A stretch of DNA of 64,000 nt from Eledone cirrhosa (taxonomy: Eukaryota): the NCBI GenBank assembly GCA_964016885.1, contig OZ024741.1:375782001-375846000 (forward strand), written 5' to 3'. Shown in pieces: positions 50,614 to 63,484 of this stretch. The position numbers were made by a program, and so were the translations under genes. Below the pieces are notes generated by a model. It saw only the letters and a list, made by a program, of their open reading frames with translations, was not told the DNA's origin and did no database searches. Within the stretch, counting starts at the first letter, position 1; the number at the start of each line of letters is the position of its first letter.

Positions 50614-51858
50614 ATATATTTAGAAACACACAGATACATGCGGACACACACATATACATGAATACATCCACACCCAACCGTGAGTTAAGGGTGCCAACCT
50701 CACCGATGTTGCTCAATGAATGACTGGGACAGACCAATCCGATTGAACTAGACTGAACCAGTATCAGAGTTAAAAATGCATTATGAAGAGAGAAGAAACA
50801 TTTAGATATAATTAGTAATAAAATGTATCATACGTAAACTGCTCCTAGATTCCTCGACTACGTAGTTTCGTGGCATAAACAAAAACAATACATCATAAAG
50901 ATTACTCATACTTCTCGCCTCCTTCACCACCTCTTCTACGGCTTCGATATAAATACCCCCTCCGCCTCTGTGGTATTTTCTTCGGGGTTATAAGAGGCTT
51001 AGCTCTGTTTCTCGACCGTTATATCGCGTGACTATCTCCCCCTCAGCCTTTTGGGATTCTTTCTCACGTCGTGTAGACGCGTTCTTGAGACTAGTAAAAT
51101 GAGGTATCCTCTTGATAAGTCGGCAGACCTTGCAGGGACACTATATCTTTATGATGTATTGTTTTTGTTTATGCCACGAAACTACGTAGTCGAGGAATCT
51201 AGGAGTAGTTTACGTATGATACATTTTATTACTAATTATATCTAAATGTTTCTTCTCTCTTCATAATGTATTTTTAACTCTGATACTGGTTCAGTCTAGT
51301 TCAATCGGATTGGTCTGTCCCAGTCATTCATTGAGCAACATCGGTGAGGTTGGCACCCTTAACTCACGGTTGGGTGTGGATGCATTCATGTATATGTGTG
51401 TGTCCGCATGTATCTGTGTGTTTCTAAATATATTGTTAATAACTCCCTCTGGTTGAGTAATCTTTGAAGTGTGGTGACTGCTGGAAAGCTGCCATTACTC
51501 ATCCTTCTCGCCTCCTTCACCACCTCTTCTACGGCTTCGATATAAATACCCCCTCCGCTTCTGTGGTATTTTATTCGGGGTTATAAGAGGCTTAGCTCTG
51601 TTTCTCGACCGTTATATCGCGTGACTATCTCCCCCTCCACCTTTTGGGATTCTTTCTCACGTCGTGTAGACGCGTTCTTGAGACTAGTAAAATGAGGTAT
51701 CCTCTTGATAAGTCGGCAGACCTCGCAGGGACTCTATATCTTTATGATGTATTGTTTTTGTTTATGCCACGAAACTACGTAGTCGAGGAATCTAGGAGCA
51801 GTTTAGGTATGATACATTTTATTACTAATTATATCTAAATGTTTCTTCTCTCTTCATA

Positions 51859-51863
<5 letters not shown>
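50614..51863 (+). mobile_element. Retrozyme-like 593-bp non-coding tandem with hammerheads (51107-51196, 51700-51789) and an inverted 5' arm
   Basis: 50901-51270 repeats at 51494-51863; 50614-50902 is the reverse complement of 51145-51433; UCCUC-UUGAUAA-GU(C)GGCA...UGCCAC-GAAA-CUACGUAG-U-C-GAGGA. Confidence 0.85.
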
Positions 51864-51935
<72 letters not shown>

Positions 51936-51999
51936 TATATATATATAGATATATAAATATATATATATATATATATATCTATATCTATATCTATATCTA

Positions 52000-52077
<78 letters not shown>

Positions 52078-52199
52078 TATGTACACGTACATACATATAT
52101 GTATACCGACGTACAGTAGTATGTATATATATACATACATGCACACATATATACATGCACGTATGGATTCACCGAACATTTATTATAATGCTCGGTGTG

Positions 52200-55100
52200 T
52201 TTGCAAAAGATATTGTTGACAATTCCTCTTTTACCGTAGATTTATTTAAATGTCCTTAATTTTCGAGATAATATCTCTTCTTCAGAGGGAAATAAAGGTC
52301 TGAAACCACCGTTCTAAATATCTTGCCAAGCCATGCTGACAGGAAATAGTATAGAGTATCTGTTCTATCTCTAATGTCAAAGAGTTAAAATTAGGTGGAT
52401 AAAGAGTAGTCTCCCTTTAAAAGGGGTTTGTTTAGGTTTTTTTTTTATATACATGCCTGTTTATGTGTGTGGGAGAATGCATGAAGGTGTAAGTATGTGA
52501 GTGTGTGTGTGTGAGTGTGAGAAGATAAGTCTATTCGTAAATGTGGGGGATAGGTGTTATCTGGTGTTAGAACTGGTTTTGTGTGTGTATGTGTGAGAGA
52601 GAATAAGTGGAGGTGTAAGCGTGTGTGTGTGTGGGGTGTGTGTAAATATGGGGCTAGAAGCCCTATCAGGTTATAAATTGGGTGTTGAGTTCTAGTCTAT
52701 TATAGATTGGTGGTTGTATTTTATCTATAATTAGTGTTTCCTTAATTCTAAGATTGCCGAGGTTTATTTCCTTAGTTTCTATCCTAACTGTTATGGTTTT
52801 GTCGGTGTTTTTGCATTTAACTAGGTGTTTCTTAAATGAGGAAGCGTTAGTATTGAGGTGTTCTTTTATTCTTATGTGGAGTGGTCTGGTGGTGCTACCT
52901 ATGTAGAAGTTGTTGCATTTGTCGCACTCTAGTCTGTATACGACGTAAGCCTGGTGGCATAGGTCTGTGTCGTTGATGGGGCAGTTGGCTAGTTTGCAGC
53001 AGTTGTCATGTCTGGTGGAGTGTCTTTTGGTTAGCTGTCCGCGTAGAGAAGGACCTGAGTGGGCCAGTTGGATATCTAGTCCCTCTCGTCTGATGGCTCT
53101 GCGGATGGCCGTTGTTGTTTCTTCACTGAAGTGTGGGAGCTTCAGGAAGCAAGTGTTAGTGCCTCGGGTGTGGTGTCCTCTGTTCTTTCTGGCACGGTTT
53201 GTGGTGGATGTCGTGTATCCGTTCAGTTTGAGTACTTCCAGGAAATGTGTGGTGTGTGTGTCTCGGTCTCTAGCGTCGGTGCATTTGTTCCGGATACGTG
53301 CCAGTTCGTTCCTTATGTATCCGAACTTGGCACCGAGTGGGAGGGCCGATCTGAGATGTACGAACAGGTCCCTGCTGGCGGCTTTTTTATAGAAGCAGGT
53401 GTGGATGTTGCCTTCCTCTGTTACCCTGAGTTGGAAGTCCAGTAGGGATAGGGATCCGCGGTCATCGGGGTGTTCCATGCTGAACTTTATACTGGCGTCC
53501 ATGCTGGAGAATGTTGTGTATATTTTATCTGCCTCCTCACGGGATGATGTAAGGATGAGTATGTCATCTACATATCGGGTGAAGAAGGCATGGGAATGGC
53601 AGGTGTTGAGGGCTCGGCATTCAAGCTGGTTCATGTAGGTGATGGCCAGCAGGCCCGATAGGCTGGATCCCATGGGTAATCCTGTTGTCTGTCTGTATGT
53701 GTGGTGGTGGAAGGTGAAGTACGTGTTGTCTACTGTGAAGGACAAAAGCTGGCGTATGTCCGTCGGGTGGAGGCCGTAGCAGTGGATGTCCTCTGCGACC
53801 ACGCAGTCCGTCAATAAATCGACAGCTGGGTGAGCGGGGACTGTAGTGTAGAGGGAGACAACGTCGAGGCTAAAAGCGTATTTATTTAGTTTAAGTTGTT
53901 CTGGCTGGAGTTGGTGTAGTCTACGTATAACTTCGTCGGAACTACTGACATGCCCGGGAAAGGTGGAGAGTAGAGGCTTGAGGACCTAGGAGAGGAGCCA
54001 GGAAATTTTGTATAGGGGTCCTTCTATGCTAGAGACGATGGGTCTTATTTGCGTCTTAGTACTATTCTTGTGGGTCTTGATGAGGTGGTAGAAAGTGGGC
54101 AGTCTACTATTTATAGTGGTGTAGTTGAGCTTAACTTTATTTCGGAGTTGTATTCTCCTACAGATATCGAATCAAATGGAGTTGGTCTGTTTTTCGATCT
54201 GGGCTGCAGTCATGTCCGGGATCTCTGTGTATAATTCATTGTCGCTTAGGTGTTCAAAGGCTAGGTTATTGTATGTGGCTTGAGAGATGACGCAAAACTC
54301 TTTACCTTTGTCGGATGGTAAGTATATAAGTTCCCTATTCTGTAGGTTCTTCAGGGCGAGTTGTTGTGTCCTGGAGAGGTTTGGGGCTATCTTCTGTTTC
54401 CGTAAGATGTTAAATACGGAATGTTTTAGTCTCGAGAGTTTTTCTTCAAGCTCGCGGTTGGCAGGCGGTGGACAGAGTGGGCGATCTAGTTGGTATATCG
54501 GGAATCTGGGTTTGATGGATTCCGTGGTGTTGTTGTCGAGAGTCGATATCCATTTTAGTTGGTAGGCAGCCCGACAGAAATTCGTTTCTATGTCGAGCCA
54601 TAATTTGTCGTCCAGTCTCTGTTTCAATATGAACTTGGGACCCAGGCTGAGGAGGTCTAATTCCTCTCGGGAGAGGGATCCTGTCAAGTCTGTGACGAGG
54701 TGTCTTGCGTCAGGTGTGTTGTTGGTCGGGGCGCCGCCAGGTTCGGTGTTGGTACCGTCTTGTTCGCCTCTGTTGGTGTTTAGAGTTGGAATGTTGTTAA
54801 GACAGTTGGCCGTCCTGAGTTTGAGAAATTTTTGCGTTAGACGTATTTTCTCGTAGTCTCGGCGATGGTGGTATGACCTGTCTATAGTGGCGGAGATGAC
54901 TCTGGACAGAGGTTCTGGGGTTTCAGCGAGTTGTGGTACAAGGCTGGAAATAGTCCGTATCTGTTGTTGTAGCGTGCGGTGTAGGTGTTGTATGAGTTTT
55001 CTTAGACAGAATTTTTGTATGTAACTAAGTGATCGTTTGAGGCCTGGTGATTTGAAGCATGTTGGTAGGTGCAGGTTTTTGATAGTTTTGGGGATGATGT

Positions 55101-55400
55101 TGTTATTCAGGCATCGTTATAGGAAGTTTATTTGGCAGCCGGCTTTGGCGCGCTTTTCAGATAGCTGGAAGAGTTTCTTTACAGTTGTGAACTGGGCCTG
55201 GCTCAGGCGTAAGGAAAGGAGGAGGTTATAGTTCACTTGAAGCATTGTGTAATGAGGTATAAACGTTTGAATATGTATAATAAAGCCAAAACAATGCAGG
55301 TATGGACATAGAAAAAAGAATGCAATTGCAAAAGATATTGTTGACAATTTGTCTTTTACCTTAGATTTATTTAAATGTCCTTAATTTTCGAGATAATATA
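52200..55400 (-). mobile_element. Near full-length Penelope-like element (single ORF with a few stops), direct partial pLTRs, hammerhead at 52254-52288
   Basis: INFL*RCLNNNIIP, LSLGPKF, LPSDKG, SLDVVSLYT, GLPMGS, RYVDD, YVVYRLECDKC..FYIGST; 55327-55398 repeats 52202-52273; CCU-CUGAAGA-A-GAGAU AUU AUCUC-GAAA-AU-U-A-AGG. Confidence 0.9.
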
Positions 55401-55419
55401 TATATAACGAAGGAGTTGT

Positions 55420-55597
55420 GGTAAGGAACCAGATGGACCATAACGCACCAGAGTACTCAATACTTAGGGTAGTAGAGTGGGTAATAGGAAAATGTATGAC
55501 CCCGACGGCAGAGCTCAAGCCGTTTCGACGGCTATTTCTGGACTCCGGAAATAGCCGTCAAAACGGCTTGAGCTCTGCCATCGGGGTCATACATTTT

Positions 55598-55602
<5 letters not shown>
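55420..55602. mobile_element. Family A fold-back palindrome (opposite orientation)
   Basis: Palindrome 55484-55602; tail homologous to 503-560. Confidence 0.7.
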
Positions 55603-55632
<30 letters not shown>

Positions 55633-55941
55633 CATTTTTTGTGTCTATGTTTTTTCCTTATGTATTCCATAACGGCTTGACCAAATCAATTAAAATGTTA
55701 CAAAGTAATAGCATTAGACCCCAGGAGTCTCAACATATAATTTTTATTTTCATTTGGATTAATACAATATAACACTTTATCTAAAATAATCTACTATAGA
55801 CAACTATAAGAAACCGGATATTTTATAACACGACGATGACGTCACATTTTGTCTCTAAAAAAAAATAATACAAACGTAATTTTAAGTTAAAGAAAATAAA
55901 AAAGCATATAGATTGACAATTAAGAAGAAACCGAAAGAATA

Positions 55942-55976
<35 letters not shown>

Positions 55977-56098
55977 AAAAAAAGAAAAAAAAGGAAAAAA
56001 AGAAAAAAGAAAAGAAAAAAAAAGAAACAAAAGAAAAAAAAGAAAAAAAAGAAATACAAAAGTAGATAGACGAAGATATGGTAGGTGAGGTAATAATA

Positions 56099-56153
<55 letters not shown>

Positions 56154-56698
56154 TAAAACGTATTGATTCAGTACTGTGATGGTAGAGCAGAGAAGCAGGC
56201 AATAACTATATTCAAAATAAAGAGAGGAAGATGAAAGAGGAGTTGGAAAAAAGAAAGAAGGATATCCACAAAAAGAGATTTTGCATTATAGATTAGATTA
56301 TTGTAGTATTTGAACAAATATAAACAAACAAAGTTTAACGAGGCATTTAATGCAGTATATATTTAGTTCGAGGTTTCATGTAAAGTTTAAAGCATACTTT
56401 ACTGTTACACAAACATAGATAAAATGCCCCCACCCCCGCAAAAAAAGAAAAAGTGATAACGTGAAGGCGGAGTGTTCAGATAATAAATGACTTCTCCCCA
56501 AATTACAACAATGTTATCAAGAGTTAGTGCACGCATGCTTCGAACCTATTATCGGCAATGTATCAACAAATAGCTGTATGCAACCGAGTTAAATGTTCTG
56601 TTGTTCAATCATTGTTTTTAATATGAATAAATGGCAAAATTCAAACGAATCAAAAGCAGTGTGTGACAAAAAGAATATATTTAGATAAAGAAACATAT

Positions 56699-56896
56699 CT
56701 ATCTATATACTACTAAAACTCTGTGATTGCTTGCTTGTTTGTCTGTAATGTAATACAGCCAAAAGGGCGCATAATGGGAAAATACTTTGAAAGAAAATTG
56801 ACACTGAAATGCAAATACAAATGGAATAAAACATGTTTCGCGTAAATCGGAGCACGGGTTACCGAGATACGGGTTTTTTCCGGGTATCTTCATAAA

Positions 56897-56938
<42 letters not shown>

Positions 56939-57354
56939 TTGTGAGAGAGTAGATTGAAAGAGAGACATAGAGAGAGGGTGAGGAGAGAGAGAAGGAGAAT
57001 GGAAGAGTGAGAGAGAGAGAGAGAGAGCTGGTAGTTTTGTTGTGTATATATACATATGTGAGTGTGTGTGTGTCTATGACCAGTATATATAGATTACAGA
57101 CAACCACATATATATATACACACACATACATACATAAATATATAAACTGTGTGTGTATATGTATGTATATACACACGCACACAATTTATATATATATATA
57201 CATACACACACCTATATATATATGGGCCTTCCAGTTTTATTTCACATTAAAATACATGTCTGAGTATATTCTAATTATTTAAAAATTATTTTTAAGTGAA
57301 CATGATTTTAAAAAAATATTTTGAAGTGAACGCGACCACCAACAGGTGGTCTAG
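56699..57354 (+). mobile_element. Non-autonomous Helitron-like element with internal microsatellites
   Basis: 5' TCTATATACTACTAAAAC; 3' GACCACC-AACA-GGTGGT-CTAG|T. Confidence 0.7.
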
Positions 57355-57813
57355 TATATTGGTAAAACGCATTAATTTCTTTTTAGAAAAATAATTACCT
57401 AGTGGTAAGACTGTTGGACTTATGCTCCATATGTCGTGGGTTTGATTCCTGGACTGGGTTGTGTATTGTGTTCTTCAATATACTTAGCTGAATATACTTA
57501 GCTCCAATATACTTAGCTGGAAATGAGTACGAGTAATAGCTGGGCGTTTAATCCTGCGACGGATTAGTGTCATTTTCAGGGGAAAAGTATTGTACTCTCA
57601 GTTGCTTAATGCCACAGAAACCAGGATGAGCCCCGATCTGATGCGGCTTCTGGCTTGAGACAGCCTTTAAAATTTGGCGAGTCTTTAAAATATTAATAAC
57701 CCCCCCCCCCCCCCACACACACACAACAACAAAAACAAAACGGTAAACCAATAATTTAACTCAAGATGTACTCAGTTTAATGTTTAGAATAGAGTTATTT
57801 CAATTCCGTTATA

Positions 57814-58120
57814 TGAAGGAGCATGGCTTATTGGTTAGAGTGTTGGACTTGCAATCGTTAGATTGTGAGTTCAATTCCCGAACCGACTGGTGCGTTGTGT
57901 CCTTGAGCAAGAGACTTTATTACACGTTACTCTAGTTCACTCAGCTGTAGAAATGAGTTTCGACATCACTTGCCAAGCTGTACCGGCCATTGTATTTCCC
58001 TTGCAAAACATGGAGTAGGGAGACCGGACACAAAAACACCTTGTCCGGACTTGCACCTCGCAGGGGAACTTTCTATATGTAAACCCTATGGTCATTCGTG
58101 ACCGAAAGGGGTTTTTACCC
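57814..58120 (+). mobile_element. Second tRNA-derived SINE family
   Basis: TGGCTTATTGGTTAGAG...GAGTTCAATTCC...GTGTCCTTGAGCAAGA; relatives at 57398-57670 and 61942-62060. Confidence 0.7.
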
Positions 58121-58237
58121 TACTTCAATTCCGTTAAAAGTGGGCATAATAAAGATTAAGTGGATGAAGACAAGGTCAAACAGGTAACTATAACGTGTGC
58201 ACCGAAATAACTAAGAATAAAAAGACGAACATTAAAG

Positions 58238-58307
58238 TTGCTTTCGGGATAGAAAACTCGACACTTCGTTATAAGCACGGCATTCTAATCAACTGAGCGA
58301 AACGACC
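58238..58307 (-). pseudogene. Degenerate tRNA-Ile-like pseudogene
   Basis: GGTCGTTTCGCTCAGTTGATTAGAATGCCGTGCTTATAACG... resembles tRNA-Ile; acceptor stem and T-arm are broken. Confidence 0.5.
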
Positions 58308-58359
58308 TTTCGTGGTTTTGACCTTAAAAATAAAAGAGTAGGTCCGATATAAAGACGAA

Positions 58360-58408
<49 letters not shown>

Positions 58409-58703
58409 CAGTCATGGGCAACCTGCGGTCTGAGAAACTTTCTGAATGGCTCGCCTAAGTCATCCAAGTGAAATCTTTCTGGGTTTTTTACCCCAAATTT
58501 GCAGTCGTAATTTATCTTTCTATCATTTTTACGATCGAGGAAAACAGCGTGTACGAATTCTGAAAAAACAAATCAAACCCAACCTGAATTAGCACTCTTT
58601 TTTTTTTAATGTGGGCACGAATGTAAATTAGCGCTTGCGGCCCGCCTGATGATGAACCATATCTCATGAAGCCCGCTTCTCGAAAAAGATTGCCCCATGC
58701 CTG
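58409..58703. mobile_element. hAT-type MITE
   Basis: TIR CAGTCATGGGCAACCT / AGATTGCCCCATGCCTG with GCGGCCCG subterminal motifs. Confidence 0.65.
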
Positions 58704-59830
58704 ATTTATTTATCTATCTATCCACCCATCCATGTTTGTCTGTCTGTCTGTATGTATATATGTATGAATGTATGTATGTGTGTGCTTGTGTTGCGCATTT
58801 ACACCAGTTGATCGGCGCCGTGTTTATGTTGTGTCCCAATATCTCCCGACAAATAGAGATCAGTAAATAAATAATAGGTTCGATATAATCGGCTGAAATT
58901 CTTAAAGATATTTTCTCAGCATGGTCGTTGTCACTCCCCGCCTCGTATCTGTATGTAATCTTCCCCTCTTGTTTCCTTGTCCAATGGATGAAAAAGCTCC
59001 AATTTGTACTGTTGTTTCATCTGCGCTGCTGAAACTCCAGAGTAACAAAGCCCAATGCTTAGCCATAACAAATAAATATTTAAAGTCTACTTCGATATTG
59101 AGTCCTTTTTCTCACATCCGTCAATAACACACGTATATATATCTCAATTTTTTCTCATTCATTCCTCTTCTTACACTTTATCTTTCTTTTCCATCTTTTA
59201 TTTCTCATTTTATCTTCTTACGAAGGACTAGTGTTCGAAAATTTAATACACATTTTCTATTATTTCAAGCGTTAACTAATATATTTCTTCATTTTACTGT
59301 GTCGTTTACTTTGTTATTTCTGTTTACTTTATACATACTTAAATAAAAAAAATTGAGATAGAAAAAGTAGTGGCCTTCTGACGAAATTTGATCAAAGTAT
59401 TCTATCACATATCGGACGTTAAATATTCCACTACTGAGTATCTATATGGCCATTCATCCTGCTGGAAATATCAGGACCCCCACCCATCCTTCAAATTACC
59501 CACCACTATCTTTAGATTAGAAAGGAGATATTTGTTGATGCAGTTCCGTTTAACACTATGACTAATACAAGCGAGGAAGAAAAAAAGACAGAAAAGAAAA
59601 AAAAAAGAACAAAAACAAACCAGGATTGTCATGAATCATGACTGGAGTCTTTTAGTGATAGGTATTGCTCAAGGTGGCTTGAAGCTAAAACTAGAACAGC
59701 CTTTTCCTGATAAATTTGAAGGAGGTCTTTCCTGTAATGTCAGACACACTTGCTGTTGCAAGCAAGTCATCATCGAAATTGCACTTAATGCTGTCCTTAA
59801 GTATGACAATTCTAAGATGAGTCGTCGATT

Positions 59831-59874
<44 letters not shown>

Positions 59875-59877
59875 TTA

Positions 59878-60341
59878 CTAGCAGTGGAACCCGGCGTTGC
59901 ACGGGATAAGGTATTTTGGAACGCGGGCCGCCAACAGACCTAATCGTGGAAAAACTGCATGCCTGGACAATATGTAAAGAAAATAAACCGAATACTCTGA
60001 TGGCTGGATAATCTTTAAGATTTTCCTTGATGAAACAGGAAAAATGCAGGTTTTCACCTAATGCGGGCCCTAGGGGATCAAGAAAATAATTTTTTTCTTT
60101 GCTCACGGTATGAAGAAGAGACTGACTAATATATAGTTACAATTTCAAGGAAATCGTCTGACGTAACACCTCAAAAAACCCCTAAAAATGTTAAACAACG
60201 CAGTTTTTCACCTAAGGACACCCTAGGACATAAAAAAAGTTGAATTTTTTTATGTGCATAACACTCCCTTCTACATAAGTAATACACATGTAATTTTTGA
60301 AAAATATCGGTTGGGTATTTCTCGAATTTTAGGGATTCAAA

Positions 60342-60396
<55 letters not shown>

Positions 60397-60736
60397 ACAG
60401 AGACACACACAAACACACACACAGAGACAGACATCCTCAGGGAAGTGGCGTAATGCAGACAGTCAGACATACAGACAGATATTATAAGGGCGCGACGTTA
60501 TATGTATGTATCTATCTAAAAAGAGAAAGACTAAAAATTATAGAGAGAGATCGCTAAATCGCCTAATGCAGTCCCTAGGGTATTGAACATTTGAAATTTC
60601 TTTTGCTCAGAACACTCCCTGAAACATAAGTAGTACATGTGTAAAGTTTGAAAACAGTCGGTTGGGTGGTTCTCGAGTTTTAGGGATTCAAACTCACACA
60701 CGCACAGACAGACATCCTCAGTTTTATATATATAGA
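59878..60736 (-). mobile_element. Non-autonomous Helitron
   Basis: Minus strand starts TCTATATATATAAAAC and ends CCCGTGCAACGCCGGG hairpin...CTAG|T; internal duplications. Confidence 0.75.
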
Positions 60737-60745
60737 TAATTATTA

Positions 60746-60950
60746 GGGTGGTGGATTGGCAGTATCGGTAGAGGGCCGGACACCATCCTTCGCGGCAATG
60801 AGTCTACCCTTTACGTTCTGAGTTCAAATCCCGCCGAGGTTAAATTTGCCTTTCATCCTTTACGAGGTCGATAAAATAAAGTGCCAGTAATGCACTGGTA
60901 TCGATTTAATCGACTTTTCCCCTCCCCAAAATTGCTGGCCTTGTGCTTAA
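60746..60950 (+). mobile_element. tRNA-derived SINE
   Basis: Same family as 4603; further copies at 61496-61795. Confidence 0.85.
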
Positions 60951-62469
60951 AGTAACAGTCATTATTATTTTGTTGAGGCATCTGGAAGGAGGAATGATCA
61001 TCAAAGAGCACTGGTTGACCTACAGCCATTGTTGTAGTTGTTTTAGTAGAACCACATTTATTTATTGCTTCAACTACTGTTTCTCTGGTTATTATTCTAA
61101 CAGTTGTGATTATTTTTAGAGTTGGTCTTATTGGAGTAGTTACCAAACAAAATTAAACCCACATCCGCAAAACAACAGCAAATACAATAAAAGGATACAA
61201 ACATCACGACAGAACTCGAGGTGGGTGAATAAGCGATATAATGAACCAAGTGGATGGGCCTACTCTGTCCCTGCACCTGTAGGCTGGAGAGTTTTGAGAG
61301 GAGAGGGAGCACCTTCCTATGGTACTCTTGGAGATTAGGCTGGTTTAGGATCTGTGGGGTTCCTAAGGGTGGTGCTAAAGCCTCTATTAAAGGATTTATA
61401 TTGTTATATTTTTATTGTTTATTGTAATCTGTTTTATTTGTTTAAACGCTTTCATTTTTTTGGGTAAATCACCATTCTTCCTCACTTTTGTATTTTGGCA
61501 GTATCGGTAAAGCGTCGGACACCATGATTACGTCCCTTTACGTTCTAAGTTCAAATCCCGCCGAAGTTAGCTTTGCCTTTCATCCTTACGGGGTCGATAA
61601 AATAAAGTACCAGTAATGCACCGGGTAATTGCTGGCCTTGTGCCAAAAGTAGAAACAATTATTAGTTTCGTTGTTGTTGCCTTTCATCCTTACGGGGTCG
61701 ATAAAATAAAGTACCAGTCAAGAACTAGGGTCGATTTAATTGACTTTCCTCTCCCCCAAAATTGCTGGCCTTGTGCCTATATAAGAAACCACTATTGTTG
61801 TTGTTGTTGTTGTTATATTTTCTTCTCTTTACTTATTTCGTTGTTCCTTTGTCGGCCTTTGTCTCCCGTATGGTTCTCACTGAACCAATGATACAAGCCT
61901 TTTGTAGAGTCAGTAATGTTACCTTTATATTCAACATCTGTGAAGGTGCGTGGCTGAATGGTTAGAGAATTCGATTCGCAATCCTGAGGTTGTGGTTTTG
62001 ATTCCCAGCCCGAGTAATGAGTTATGTCCTTGAGCAAGACACTTTTTTTCACGTTGCTCCTTTTGCCTGGATTTGCGACCGATAGATAGTATTAGCAATT
62101 AGAAAGACCAATGGAACCATTGCTTCCTCGGTCCGATTGGACGTGCTCCACTCCACTCGTTAAGCGAATGAGGTCGAGGATCTTGTCGATCGACTGTCGA
62201 TTCAAAATATTCATCCAATCATTCAAAATTTAACTATTTACCTTAAGGCTCCTCGTACAAATGGGAGGATAATTTAGTGACAATTCCAGATTCGCCGTAT
62301 TTCGTATTTCAAATCTTGATATTTTTTCCCCATTTTCTCACACTCTTTGTCTACCACTCTAGTAACAAATGAGCAAGCAACACATTCCTCATTATTCAGT
62401 ATAACAATATCTGGACATGAACGTGAATATTTCATTTACTTATCTATTTGAATCTTTATGTGCCATAAT

Positions 62470-62670
62470 ACGAGAATAGGCTGAAAGGTTCATAGTCTGA
62501 CTATGAAGGAGTGATGCTAAAGATGTGAAATCTTGCATGCATTAATTTCAACTGTTCTTATCAATAACTGCATTGTTTCTTTCCAGGTACTATGTTGAAA
62601 AATAAACCTCATTTGCTCATTCCATGAGAGTATCTTGGTCAGCCTACGAACTTTTCAGCCGACCCTCGTG
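62470..62670. mobile_element. Mariner-type MITE
   Basis: TACGAGAATAGGCTGAAAGGTTCATAG...AACTTTTCAGCCGACCCTCGT. Confidence 0.8.
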
Positions 62671-62744
62671 AATTTACATCATTGTTTTCAAGGATACAGT
62701 CTGGTTTCTGGTCATACGATTTCACATGTTCAATAAATTAATAA

Positions 62745-63200
62745 CAATGTAATTGCCTAATAGGAATGAATTAAGGATAATTAAGGATCCTCACAGATCC
62801 GAGATCGCACCGATCACCAAGGGCACCATAGGGAAGTACTCCACTCTCTTCTATTCATTTCAGCTTACAGGCAAATGCTTAGAGTTGGCCAATTCCCTCG
62901 GGCTATTCCCGCTAGGTTCACTCATTTTTATGCAGAGGATCAGCAATTCCTTCCTCACCCACACTTTCCTTTCCAAGTGCAACTTGAAAATGCCAATGAG
63001 GGCCAGGTAGAAGAATGTATCTATCTTCAGTCCTTTCAGCTACGTCCATCACAAAACCTCTTTCGCTATAACCACGAGACAGCGAAAAGTTCGCTGCTTT
63101 TCCCGATAAAAAGAAGGCGGTGAGGTGACCTTCATGATAGAGGCAATCGATATCCAGACTCGTCCTACACATGACAACCGTTGTTTGACAAAACTTCACA
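62745..63200 (-). mobile_element. L1/Tx1-like LINE 3' fragment
   Basis: Homologous to 2595-3085. Confidence 0.55.
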
Positions 63201-63219
63201 AGTTTGGAATACACGGACA

Positions 63220-63445
63220 CAGTGTTAAGTTTCAGGTTAAGGTTAGCTTTAGCTTTAGGGTTAGGTTTAGGCTTAGAGTTAGTATTAGTATTAGGCAAGG
63301 GCTAGATTTAGTGTGAGATTTAGAGTTAGCATTAGAAATCGGGTTTGGGTTATGTTTATGTTTAGGGTTGGTATTAGGGTTAGTGTTATGGCTATGGTTT
63401 GATACAGAGTTAAGTTTAAATTTAGGATAGGTTAGGGCTAGGCTT
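63220..63445 (+). repeat. Degenerate TTAGGG-like hexamer array
   Basis: TTAGGG/TTAGGT/TTAGAG/TTAGTA variants with 6-nt periodicity. Confidence 0.6.
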
Positions 63446-63484
63446 TATATATATATATATATATATATAATAATTATTATTTCA

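Noticed and set aside
52666-55245. In-frame stops of the minus-strand PLE as selenocysteine or readthrough recoding
   Set aside because: The stops I could read are TAA/TAG as well as TGA and no SECIS-like element was identified; ordinary decay is simpler.
58238-58307. Functional tRNA-Ile
   Set aside because: Acceptor stem does not pair and the T-loop GTTC consensus is lost.
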